NCBI GenBank assembly: GCA_000165425.1
Contig: CT868054.1
Coordinates: forward strand, 1 to 64,000
From: Paramecium tetraurelia
Lineage: Eukaryota
Reading direction: 5' to 3'
Length of the DNA: 64,000 nucleotides
Shown: positions 26,288 through 39,087 of the stretch, piece by piece
How positions within the stretch are numbered: position 1 is the first letter of the stretch
Layout: each line of letters opens with the position of its first letter
The notes under the pieces: generated by a model
Database searches by the model: none
What the model was told of the DNA's origin: nothing
Seen by the model: only the letters and a program-made list of their open reading frames with translations
Program-made: the position numbers and the translations under genes

Positions 26288-26499
26288 TATTATTTGTTTA
26301 ACATTGAATTGCGATTTATAAAATTGAAAGTGTATTTTGTTAAAAAATATTAGTCCTATCTGCAAGTTAAGAGATTTCAAATTGCAATTATATTCACCTA
26401 AATTATCATATAAACATAATATATAATCCACAAAATTTCTATGATAAAATCTGAATAATAAAATAATAATAAAACTATTAAAGGAAAAATATTTATTAA

Positions 26500-28638
26500 T
26501 CAAATATCAGCTCCACAAAACATGCAAAGTAAATCCGAATCTTCTTTTTATGATAATATGGCATCTTTGATGGCTGAAAATGGAATCTCTTCATGTGGTT
26601 CTTTCTCTACTACTTTAAATATTAGTCTAGTGTAATATTCGCATAGCATATCCAAGAAATCATCACTATTTTAAATGTACTTGGATAAACACACTTTGGA
26701 TAACTGGAAGATTTCGTCCCAACACAATTACCCATTGCCATCCTTATCTGAAATTTAAATAAATAGGTCTAATTTTTAAACCAAAGTTTTGGCTCTAATA
26801 CTTACCATCAATTTCAGGAATTCACTCCAATTCAAAAAACCACTATAATTAAAATCGATCTTATTGAAGATTTCCTAGGCCAAATATTCACTCTGCATAA
26901 ATATCTAATAAATTCCCATTCTATAAGTGTTATAATCCACTCCATCATCAACTTTATAGTATCTATATCGTTGAGACGTGATTTATTGCAAGGCACAATA
27001 AAGTATATAAGTGTTGTGTAGTTCATATCTGGAGAAGTTTGTTTCAGACAGTATCTTTGGGATCCCCTCGATAAAGAGTTCCTTATTGATTTTTAATAAT
27101 TTGTGGAGACTTCCTTTGTTCGTGATTAGTTCCCTGATGTTCTACTCGATATGGTTAATAGATTCAGGTTTTTCCTCTTCCTCATCGTTGTTAAAGTTGA
27201 CTTCAGGTCCAACTTCTTGTGAGTAGCCACTATTTTGATTCAAGAATTTCTTTAATAGAGGTTCCAACAACTAGGCTGCTTAAGTTATCTAACTAATTGA
27301 TGTAAATCTGATAAAATACCTTTCAATAGTTTATTGACTTGAAACACTATCAATATGAACAGCCATCAAATCCTCATTTGAATTCTCCTCTTCTGGTTTG
27401 AACTTAATCTTTTTCAATTCTTATTCGTACCATCCCTCTATTTTCTCCAATTTCTCTATTTTTGGATTTTTGATTATGTATTCATCATTCATGTATTGTT
27501 GGATATAATTTTTCTGTTTGACAGCATTACAGGGTTAGAACATTTTGTTGATAATTGGTTTAAAGTTTTTATTCCTCTTGATTTCCTTATAGGAGTGTTT
27601 GAGTTCTTTGGAGTTCATAAATTATTGATTGATTTCAATTTCTTCAGGGACCTTATCCACTTGATATTCATCATCGATTGACTGGTAATTTTAATGCACT
27701 AATGTATGAATGATGCTATCGATCTATTGAGTATAATCTGGTTCATTTTTCTTAGTGATTTCTTCGCAATTGTAAAGGGAACAGCAATTTTCGAGATAGA
27801 GCAATTATGGATTAAATATCTACTTGTAGACAGTAGAGGTTGAGTAAATTAGAACACTTTATTTTGGGGGAATATCTAAATGCGAGTAAACAGGAGTCCC
27901 GTCCTTCAAATAGAAGTATATTTTTTTGGAATTAATCTTGAGTCTATAGATAAAATTGATAAAAACCTATTCTTGGACAACTGATGTGAATTTCCTCGAA
28001 AACGGATTTGTCTTTGATTGAATGATCAGGGACATACATGAAAATATATTACAAGGAACTTGTGTTGAGATATAACTGATTAACAATTACAATTTGTCGC
28101 ATTCTTAAAATAGAGATTACAACTACCCTGCTTATTTTGTAAAAAAGCGATCTCTGGTGGGTATCTGTTCCATCGTAATGGAGGACCGTTTTGCTCTTTG
28201 TGAAGTCACAATGGATCTCTGACAGACATTTTCTTGTAATCGAAAGCGTTAGAAACTTTTCATGAGGTTGTTTTCAATAGAATCCTGATTTATCTTCAAT
28301 CGTTTGCCATGAAACTCAATCTTTTCTTAGTACTTGGTTTCTTCAATTGTTAGCGGCTTCATTTCTTATCTACTTTCAAAATGCTTTGTAATTAGAAATG
28401 ATGGAGGAGTATCTCTAGAAGAGCTTTCGCGATTCCTGAAAAAGAGTTTTTGCACTTAGATTTCTTCTTATTGATTGTTCTATTTTCGATAATGTTGATA
28501 GGAGGATTTGCATTATTTATTAATGATATCTGATGAAGACTTATTGGATTTGATTGTGCTTTCTAATTGGGATTTCATGATTTTTCTAACTAAAGGCTAT
28601 GATTGAAATTCTTTTATAGGCGTTACAGAGGGTAGCAT
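26500..28638 (-). CDS. EF-hand protein (C-terminal NCS/calcineurin-B-like EF hands; possible doublecortin-like middle domain)
   Basis: IFNKIDFNYSGFLNWSEFL, ISDKDGNGQLCWDEI, ends LCMFCGADI-TGA; middle KKIYFYLKDGTPVYSHLDIP. Confidence 0.75.
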
Positions 28639-28684
28639 ATAATTATTTTATTAATATTTTTGTTACATACAGAAAACCAAACAT

Positions 28685-29735
28685 TCAATGACGTTTTCTG
28701 AAGAATTTGATATTCTAATATATGCCTAGTTATTGTAGATCGGATTTGGTTTCATTTCGATTTCTATCGAATAGATATACCTAAGAAAAACTAGTATTCG
28801 GAATTTCCATTCTATTTATCTGTTTGTAGTTGTAAATGATAAGTTTGGCTAGTTCCTCATCTGAGATAGTGTTGTCATTCTTCCTAGCCATTGCAATGAA
28901 ATCCATAGCCAATTGTTAAGAATAGGTGATGTGTTGGACATCATGGGTAGCTTTGGTTATCCATTCAAATTGATGTTTTTCTGGATGGAACTGATATCCA
29001 TAGATGGGGACTTCTCTGCCTTCACAAATGGTGACATATTTCAAATTCACTCCGTCTCGGCTATAGGCTATGATTTTGAAGAATGCTCCCAAAGAGTAGG
29101 CTTTTTCATAGGTATGTTACACAACTCCCCAGTTATGAGAATAGTATGGTCCATCTATTAAATCAAAATGTATGATTACCAACATTCTTCAGATATTCCA
29201 AAGTGACGGAGTCGATGGATTTCAAGACGAAAGAATCTTCTTCAGAATTGACCTCAAGCAATCTTTACTTACCCAGATCATCAGTCATTCTGGTCAATAC
29301 TTCATAGTAGGATGAAGCAATGTAATTGATCAATTGAAAACCTTGGCATATTCCAAGTAGAGGATAGAATTTGCCAGCCTTGTTGAATTGAATAACCTTC
29401 TGAAATATAAAGGATGCTGTGTCAGTAAATTTATTAAAAGTGAAACCTGGTTGAGTATTATTTAAATACAGGTCCACATCTCCTCCAGTGAATAGAACTC
29501 CATTAATCTAATTTAAGATGGAGGTAATCTCATCATAAGAACTATCCCAATGAATTGGAATCACTCTAGCCCCAGCTTGCTCAATCCATTTCACATAACT
29601 AGAAGGAAAATAGGAGTAGAGGGATTTGTCGTAATCTTTCAAATCAGAAGGGTTTGTTAAGATGCCTATAGTGGGTTTGGTGGTGGCAGAGATCACTGAG
29701 GAGATGAACAATGATGCAATGATTATTCTTAACAT
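28685..29735 (-). CDS. GGH: Gamma-glutamyl hydrolase (peptidase C26), secreted/lysosomal
   Basis: Signal peptide, PTIGILT, YFPSSYVKWIEQAGARVIPI, GVLFTGG, PLLGICQGFQ, YGYQFHPEK. Confidence 0.92.
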
Positions 29736-29765
29736 TCTTTTATTTATTTAATATTATGATTTAAA

Positions 29766-30352
29766 TCAAATGTTGTATACGTCGTAGCCGTGCAAGAAGC
29801 GTGATCCTGGAATATCGAAATAAGGATAGGGATCCTTGGTTGCTCTGGTGTATTGATGAGCAGCTCTCTTCTTAAATGGAACCCTAAGTTCTTAATTCAT
29901 TTATCATACCACACATCCTTTTGGTGATAGATGTCGGTGATCTACTTGATGTAATCGGATCCATGTTCAGCAAACAATTCCTCAATCAATATGCTCCTCT
30001 TGTCTTCTGCAGCCAGATATCTGATATCTTACATTGCTTAGTAAAATGGCAATGATTTCCTCTGCATCTTTTTCAACTCTAATTCTTTGCGTCTAATTTA
30101 TTTAACCATTCAACTATACCTGAATTGTCTTCTCACTTCCACTATATGCATTATGCCCCACACTTAGAATAAAACACCAAATGCTAAGATTATTTTGCCT
30201 TTTCTCCCTGGGATTCTCCTCTTCTCTGGGAATAGCTTTGTTCTCAATTCAGAGGTGTCCCCAATAGCTATATGCAAAGGAGAATTAGCCTGATCATATC
30301 TTCTCATGAACTAAGGCTTAAATAAATTTGCCTATCTGAAAATTTTGAGCAT
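29766..30352 (-). CDS. Complex I subunit NDUFA13/GRIM-19-like
   Basis: KRRIPGRKGKIILAFGVLFQVWGIMHIVEVRRQFRRKELELKKMQRKSLPFYQAMQDIRYL. Confidence 0.7.
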
Positions 30353-30372
30353 AATATTAATAATAATCAAAA

Positions 30373-31959
30373 TCACAATTATGCAGGTTTTTTAGAGAAA
30401 TTTGATCTTTGAAAATGGGCAATCGTATTATTCAAAGGCGAGTTAGGAATCTTATTTAAGCAATCTATGTTTGATCTTTGACTCGATGCTTCAGTTACCA
30501 ACTTTTGATTGCTCTTATGGAAATTAGAGATTATTCTTCTATTCTTCAATTGAGGAGCTTCCTGAAATTATACTCTTTCATATAAATACCTTCTGAGGTG
30601 CCTTTTAAGCATTCATCATTTTCAGTTTATTCATCATCTCTTAAGGATTCATCGAATTACTTTTTCTCAATTGCTTTTTCGTAAAAGTTGTTCTATTCGT
30701 CTGCACAAACGTTTCTGGTATCATATCTGTTGTATTTCTACTGCTATCTCCAACAAAAGAATTACTGCTGCTATCATTATTCCACACTTTATTTAATTTG
30801 GTCTAGGATTTCATCATTAAAGGACGAATCCTAAAATTATTTGATGCTATTGATAATTCTGATCCTATTATAGATACATTATCATGAGGTGATCCAGTTT
30901 CATTGATTTCATCGGTTTTACCAAGTGCATCTTTTGATTTGATCATCAAATATTTCAAAAACACAAACATCTTAATGTACTTGGCTATTCTCTATTCTTT
31001 CTTAACTTAGCATTAAATTATTTCATTCAATGTGAAAGGCACAGAGATATCTCCCTTCCCTGTAATCCAAGGATGTTCTAGACATTAATTAGCCGTTAAA
31101 CGATGTTCTGGTAAATAGGCAATCGTTCTTTCCAAAAAGTTTCTTGTATCCTAATCCTCATCGATTTTAAAGTTCAGTGAAAATCCCTTAATTTTTTCAC
31201 AATAAGTTATTTTAGTATCCCCATTTCGATAGAAGGGATGTTCTCCCTTGTATAGCATATTATACACCACTATTCCCAAAGCCCAAATATCTACCGACTA
31301 ACTGTTATCTATCAATATATACTCTTGTGTAATTTCCCTTTTTAATCAATTCTGGAGCTTGATACAACAGAGTCCCACAATTCTTACTCATCAATCCGTC
31401 CTCAATTCGATTGACAGATGCTGATAACCCGAAATCAATCAGAGTCACACTCAACTCCTCTCCATTCCCCCCAATTAAGATATTCTCAGGCTTTATGTCT
31501 CTGTGAACAATATCTTTCTAATGCAAATAACTCAAAGCCCTCAATATTTGCTTAATTATTGGAGTAACTTCATGCATCTATAATTTGGGTATGTATTCTT
31601 CCAAAGTCACCCCATCCACTTGATTCATGACTATATAAAACTTTTGCTGTGTCTCAAAAAACTGATGTTAAGTTATAGAATAATTATCATACTCCCAAAA
31701 TCTATATGATATTTTTATGGAACAATGTTTAGAGAGTGAGTGCTTCCTGACGTATGGCATCCTCCTACTCCTTACTTCTGAACAACTTTTTTTCAACAAT
31801 CTTGATTGCAACATTAATTCGCTTAACCTTGTCAAAGGCTGAAATAACCGTCGCAAAAGCTCCTTTCCCAAGCATCTGTCTTGGTTCAAACCTACTCAAC
31901 TCAGGGGAGTAATTACTTTCTTAATTCATTACCTGTTTAAGTAATTAAATATAAGACAT
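30373..31959 (-). CDS. Ser/Thr protein kinase (CAMK-like)
   Basis: [55 protein letters not shown]. Confidence 0.92.
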
Positions 31960-32020
31960 TTTAAATTATAATTAAATAGTAAATTAAAATTATCAATATA
32001 TATACAGTATGTACTTTTGT

Positions 32021-33646
32021 TCAATCGTTTATAGGCTTTTTCTAAATTGGAGGCTTGCTTATTCTTACCCTTTGACTAGCCAGCACCTCTTGTTAAACGA
32101 GAATATTCTATCCTCTTGATGCAAAGGTGGTCCTCTTTAACTGAATTTATAGTGATTAATTCATACTTATTGCAGGGGCTTCACATTATTCAAGGATTGT
32201 CTGCCATCTGTGATACCTGATTTCTGTAGAATTGATGACTGATTCAAAGAATTATCGGATGTCGTGTTAATGGTGTGATTGGATTTAGCACTTCTTTCCA
32301 AAGATCTATGATAATGAGGAAACAGAAATTTTGAAGATTCCTTTTGCTACTGCAACTTTTACAAGTGATCACATGAGGTTCTTTCTCTTCTTTGAGTGAT
32401 GGTTTAGATTTTGAATTAGGAAATTCTATTTGATCCAATCGAAGCAGTATCAACATTAGATCCTTAGAGCACTTCCTATTTCAATTACTTAAACTTCTCA
32501 TTGGTTTGAGAAATAGATTATTATTTGACCTTCGGAATCTTTATTATCCTAACTGGTGTTTTAGCTACTGGAGTTGAGTAATGTTTGAATTGATCAACAT
32601 TGGGACACAAGACTTTGAGTTTTTGGAGAAACTGGATTGCTTGGATCAAGGACTTGATTTTTTGAAAATTGCTGTGACTTCTAAGGATTTCGATAAAGGT
32701 GAAAGGCTCAGTAGAGTTTTCTTTACCTGTAATCCAAGGATGTTCTAAACATTAATTGATGTTCAAACGATTTTCAGGCAAGAAAGCCACTGTCCTAATC
32801 AAGAAATTAATTGAATTGTTATTCATCCCTGGCTGCCAATTCCATTTCATTTACTAAATCTTTTCACAATAAGATTCTTTGTCATCAAATTGTTAGTAAA
32901 ATGGATGCTTGCCTTAAGTTAAGAGATTGTATACCACAATACCCATTGCCCATATATCCACACTCTGACTATATAAGGGAATGATCATACTCTGTTATAT
33001 CTCTTTTTCTATATCAACTCTGGAGCCATATACAAGAAAGTCCCGCAATTGTCACTCATTAATCCAGATCCTTCTAGATAGGTCAATTGAACTGAGAGTC
33101 CAAAATCAATTAAGGTTAGTTTAACGTCTTCTCCCACCTGAGAAATCATGATATTCTCTAAAATAAAATTTATTCCACATACCCGGCTTAATGTCTCTGT
33201 GAATAATGTCCATGGAGTGCAAATAGTTGATTGCCTGTAACAATTGTGTCACAATGTTGTGTACTATCTAATCTTCTAGTTTGTTCTATTAAAATTATTC
33301 CAATGTAACTCCTGTGATGAGATCCATCATTATATATAATTTACTTTTGGTTTCTTTACTCTACAATAACACAAAGCAATCATACAAACGTAACTCTTAC
33401 AATATTCTAATGATTCAATTGATTTAACAACTGAACCTCCTTCTTTAACATTTCCAATTGCAAAACATTGAAATGCGATTTCTCTATTATCTTTAGTGCT
33501 CCCTTCTTATTTGTCATCAAATTCTGTATCTCCACCACTGTAGAAAACGCCCCTTTCCCAAGAATTCTCAGAGGCTTGCAGTATTGCGTAATGAAGTTTG
33601 GTTATTTCTCCTCCGAATCAATTAAAAGCTCACTTAGTTTGTTCAT
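32021..33646 (-). CDS. Ser/Thr protein kinase (CAMK-like), tandem paralogue
   Basis: [61 protein letters not shown]. Confidence 0.92.
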
Positions 33647-33672
33647 TTATAATAATATGAATCATTTATTTG

Positions 33673-34435
33673 NNNNNNNNNNNNNNNNNNNNNNNNNNNN
33701 NNNNNNNNNNNNNNNNNNNNNNNNNNNNNNNNNNNNNNNNNNNNNNNNNNNNNNNNNNNNNNNNNNNNNNNNNNNNNNNNNNNNNNNNNNNNNNNNNNNN
33801 NNNNNNNNNNNNNNNNNNNNNNNNNNNNNNNNNNNNNNNNNNNNNNNNNNNNNNNNNNNNNNNNNNNNNNNNNNNNNNNNNNNNNNNNNNNNNNNNNNNN
33901 NNNNNNNNNNNNNNNNNNNNNNNNNNNNNNNNNNNNNNNNNNNNNNNNNNNNNNNNNNNNNNNNNNNNNNNNNNNNNNNNNNNNNNNNNNNNNNNNNNNN
34001 NNNNNNNNNNNNNNNNNNNNNNNNNNNNNNNNNNNNNNNNNNNNNNNNNNNNNNNNNNNNNNNNNNNNNNNNNNNNNNNNNNNNNNNNNNNNNNNNNNNN
34101 NNNNNNNNNNNNNNNNNNNNNNNNNNNNNNNNNNNNNNNNNNNNNNNNNNNNNNNNNNNNNNNNNNNNNNNNNNNNNNNNNNNNNNNNNNNNNNNNNNNN
34201 NNNNNNNNNNNNNNNNNNNNNNNNNNNNNNNNNNNNNNNNNNNNNNNNNNNNNNNNNNNNNNNNNNNNNNNNNNNNNNNNNNNNNNNNNNNNNNNNNNNN
34301 NNNNNNNNNNNNNNNNNNNNNNNNNNNNNNNNNNNNNNNNNNNNNNNNNNNNNNNNNNNNNNNNNNNNNNNNNNNNNNNNNNNNNNNNNNNNNNNNNNNN
34401 NNNNNNNNNNNNNNNNNNNNNNNNNNNNNNNNNNN
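33673..34435. other. Assembly gap (763 N)
   Basis: Run of N. Confidence 1.
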
Positions 34436-34793
34436 CATTCCCACTCAAATAAATATACTAATTTTCTTCCAGAAGTCCATAGTATGTGTTTCATTTTGAG
34501 TAATATTCTTTGGAGATTATTTTAAAATATGTATAGAAATAAAATACTATATTAGATTTAGTATAATTATATGACAAAAATACAAAAATCATATTTCAAA
34601 TCATAATAGATGCATGCAATTTGGTTGTTTCAATTATAATATAGAGTTTAACTGTAAAATTTTCATTTTCCTTATTGAACTTTCTTTCAGACCAAGACCT
34701 TTTGCATAAGTAAAGAATATCACTTACAATAATATTATATATATATTATTATGTAGAAAATATTATTGTTTAATGTACGAATTTCTGAAAATA

Positions 34794-35522
34794 TCATCCA
34801 TAGATTTTAATTGGTTTACCCATGGAGGTCTTGATGTGGAGCGTGCCAACATTCTACCATCCCTTTTTCAAGAGGGAAACCAAGAAGTTGATGGTTGTAC
34901 TCAAGTTTTATCTGAGTTAATCTTCGGACATTTCGTCAGTACCGAAGGCTGTACCAAGGGACAATGTGTTTTTCAATTGGAATCTGAATTGATTTATATA
35001 GAATAATACTTGACTGAAGACTTGACTTCGTTAACTTTGCTGCTGACTGATTCGGTTTCAGGGATGGCAATAGGGAATTTACCGATCTTGGTGAAGACAT
35101 TACCAACAAGTCTTGGGATAACTTTCATGAGGGATTCAGAGGCAATGAGGATGTCAAAAGGTTTGCACCACTTTTTGATTGGCTTCTTCTCTTTGTTGAA
35201 CTTCTTCAGGCCGTCTTGATCGATCGCGGTGAGACCGAGGGCCTTGGCCTGATCTGAATCGATGAGAGGTAAATCGTACCGCAATGAGTTAAATTACCAA
35301 TAACACCGATTTTGATGTTAGGGTAAGGGGCATGTAACAAACGTGTTGAGCCTTAGAAACGCTTGTCCTTCTAGACATCGTAATCTCTCAATTAAATTTA
35401 CAACTCTGTGGTCTCTTTAAAGTTTCTCTTCTTTCTCTCTGTCAACATTTCATGGATGTATTTCTTCAATTATTCACCTTGGAGCTTGCTAAAGAAGGTT
35501 TAAGAGAGATTTAATACCTCAT
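34794..35522 (-). CDS. RPL10A: 60S ribosomal protein L10A (uL1)
   Basis: [83 protein letters not shown]; three short introns. Confidence 0.97.
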
Positions 35523-36063
35523 TGCTAATTTTTTAAAAAAAATTTAAATAAAATAAAATCCATCTAATCAACTCTTTAATTCATCATTCTCATTATAATT
35601 TATATTAATCATTAAATTCCCATTAATATTTGAATTCTCAACGGGGTATTCTTCACAAACTCTTGCTTCTTCTCATTAAAATATATCAAGCAAGCAAGAG
35701 TAAGTATTTCTTCATAATTAAAACAATATCACACTTATAATTTATTACCCCACATTCTTTTCTATGAGAATTCATTAGATAAGCAGAATTCCTCTACAAA
35801 AACAGAGGATTAGAGCTTGTCTGATTTAATTGTAATTTGTTGTAATAAAATAAAAATATCTTTAAGTAATATTATGGTCCTTAGTGCTAATTCGCCCTTT
35901 CACCATATATTTTTAATAGAGAGTACCTTATCAACCAAGAAATTAGCAATAAGTTAATAAATATTCACAATTATTTCAATATTAATCGTAATATAAGAGC
36001 TTTAATTTTACTCGATTAAATCAATATACAAAAAAAAGAATATAATTTATATTAATTAAATAT

Positions 36064-38388
36064 ATGTCTGATTCTGATGATAGTGTTACGGAATTACAAG
36101 AGGAATCTGATAAAGCAGAAGTCATCCAATACTTTAGTACTAATTATGCCAAAGTTGTTTCGAATTTTCAATAGTACTGTGAGACAAGAAATTAGATGTC
36201 CTCACTAGTAATGAAAGTGAATGCATTCGAAAATAAAATAGATGTAATTACTTTTAATGCATTCAGAAAGTCAAGAAAAGCAACCTCTACGATATACGAG
36301 AAATTAGCAACAAAACAAACCTCATTATTAATCTTACCAAGTTGTAGAACATGTTACTATAAATGAAAAACAATGTCATCCATGGACAGAAAGCTATAAT
36401 GAATATCAAATAGGATAAGCATACAGCTGCTATAAGAGCCATTCAGAAATTAGACTCCAAAAACCTACCAGATTTTGTATCCAATCTCTAATAGTTGATA
36501 ACTAATAAAGTTTAAGTTGAAGCTAATACCAAAATACAACAATGGGTAGAATTAAGCAAATAACAACAAATTGATATGGGTTAGAGTGTGATTTAGAATT
36601 GTGAGCAACTCCTAATGGTTAATTCGCAATTTGCAAGAATTTCCTTATTTTAACCTGATATACGATCAAGCATAGTTATGAGATAATCGACAGTAGGGAG
36701 AGTCTCTATGGTAAGACAATCAATTGTAAGATAATCTGTGGCTCCAAGTCAGAGTAGAATATCATTTTTTTAGTAATTCAAATAGTAGTAAACATCAAAT
36801 TTGTAAGTATCGCGAACATCTTAATTAAATTAGTCTGTGTTGGATCAATCTTAATAAATGCTTCATGAATCTTTGATTGAACCAAGTGCATGGGAGTTTT
36901 CGATAGATTATTCATAATTAAAAATGCCTTAATTGATTTATGAGAATTTGAATTAGAGACTAAGTTTCTATTAATAATTGAAATAGAGCAGAATAAAGTT
37001 TTTATAGTATGTATGTGGTACAGAAATAAGATAAAGTTTAAATGATTTCAGGAATTATTTGGCTTGCATTTTGGGATTTGTGTTGATGGATTTGGAACTG
37101 AATAAATCATTCAAGGATTATGAGGAAATGAATTAAGTCGTATTGGAGAATGTTAAATTGATAGAGAAATAAATAAAGAACTCGTTTATTAATTTTGATC
37201 TAAGGGATTTGTTATAAGTAAAGAAGGAGATTTAGTTGTTCAGTGTAGCTCTAGCCAAATTGCATCAATATTAATTGTCCAATTAAATCAATAAGTGTTT
37301 GAATGATCAATTTTTAGTCTATTCTAATAGAAGAATTGAAGAGATCAAGAAGACCCTAATTAAATCCATCTAAACCGATAGCGGAGTGTTTTTGGTTTTG
37401 TAGAATAAGGAATAATTTGATTAATTATGCACAATTCTAAAATGCACTCAAAATAAAAAATTGGAATTGCCCATCTCATAATTTGCATAAGATGCTGTCT
37501 ACTAAATTAATCTCTTTATTGAAGGATCCATCACTTACTTACAATCATTAAACGAGTATTTCGATTAGAATGTAATATTTTACATGGACACTCTCTTTAT
37601 GGCAATCTGTGATATCATTAAGAATCATGTGTAGCAGTGTGATAATTTCATGTTATTGGCACAGTCTACCTTAAATTTCAATCACTTAGAATTATCCATT
37701 TAGTACTATAAGAAGAACATAGAGAGTTTGTTGTAAGTGACTCAAACCAAGGAAATGGAATGCTAGAGTCATTTCAAAAATACAAGGTATTTCTGTGAGG
37801 AGGCACTGCAAAATGCCATAAACTAAAAGGTAGTACTTCCCTAGATAGATTGGGCTCCCTCAGCTCCGAATAAAGGACCTAATGATTATTTTATAATGTT
37901 AAATGGATATTATGAAGTAGCAATTCTATAATTAACTTTAGAGTATTATTGGCACATTGCAATTAATGGTCCCATAATTCGTAGACTCCTCCATCTATCT
38001 TACATTTAAATACTTAAACAAGTTGATTTGGAAGTAGTTATTAGAAGCAAAGGCATTCAATATAATAGGTCTATCAAATTTGGAAGTTGATTTGCAGAGT
38101 TTTCTTAAGGTGTGTAATTAATAGATGTTTCCTGAAAGTGTGAAGGAGATAACCTAATTTCTGAATCTGTTCCTGGTGGATGTTCCGGCTTCCTATTTGG
38201 ACAATCATAAGAGATAGACCAATTACTCTTATTTGGAAGTGCCAAAACTACTGAAAATATTCCCAAGATATAAGGTAAAATCTATTTGGATTAATTAGAA
38301 AGTGATTTATGGAAAATTACCAGTAGTGAGAAAGAGAGAGGTGGATGCTGTAATTAAAAAAATACAAGAAAATTTATAAGCATTTTGA
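36064..38388 (+). CDS. CATCHR-family tethering subunit, COG4-like
   Basis: Long helical ORF; QMKNNVIHGQKAI..AAIRAIQKLD, YFCEEALQNAI, KAFNIIGLSNLEVDLQSFLK recall COG4 motifs. Confidence 0.5.
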
Positions 38389-38933
38389 TCAATCAAATGA
38401 TTTACATTATTATTAATAATTCTTCAGCAACTTTGATAGCATAGCGGAATGTTTGCCAATGGATGGTTGGTTCTTTCGAATTTAGGTCAACATCTACATA
38501 AGCAAATCTATCCCTTATTTCATGCACTGCTCAGTCAAATTCCCATTTTGATTTGCATGGCCAAAGCTCACTTTAGTACATTTTTAGATCTCATTCGCAT
38601 CTGTGGGGATCTTGTTTCTGTTAGTCATGATGCTACAAAGTTAACTTACTTGTCAATAAGTGCAACAATAATTGTCGTGACAACCTTTTTAGGACGGTTC
38701 CTCTTTGCTTTCTTCTAAATTCGTCCTTCCTTTAGATAAACTGATTTTACTGCTTTTACAGTGGATAGTGGAATTTAAAATAGTTAAGCCACCTAAATAG
38801 AGTGTTTTAGCCTTACCTCTTTGATTTTCATCTTTTCCTTAAATATTTTTTCCACTATTTGCTCTCTTTTTTGGTCATCCACAACGTTATATTTCGATGG
38901 TCTCTTTTTTCTGCTTTAAATCATTTTTTTCAT
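38389..38933 (-). CDS. Small helix-turn-helix (homeodomain-like) DNA-binding protein
   Basis: KYNVVDDQKREQIVEKIFKEKMKIKE|VAQLFQIPLSTVKAVKSVYLKEGRIQKK; 3' end depends on a 32-nt intron. Confidence 0.65.
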
Positions 38934-39087
38934 AGCTATAAAAATTTAATAAAATTAATAATGTTCTAGAACTTTAATTTTGTTGGTTTAAGTTGAACAA
39001 ATATTTTATTAAATTAATTAAATCCCTTATTAACATTTGTGAATAATAATAATTTTATATATTTATATATATAATTTACTCCACACT

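Noticed and set aside
33468..34499. Long ORFs in the supplied track
   Set aside because: Artefacts of the N gap
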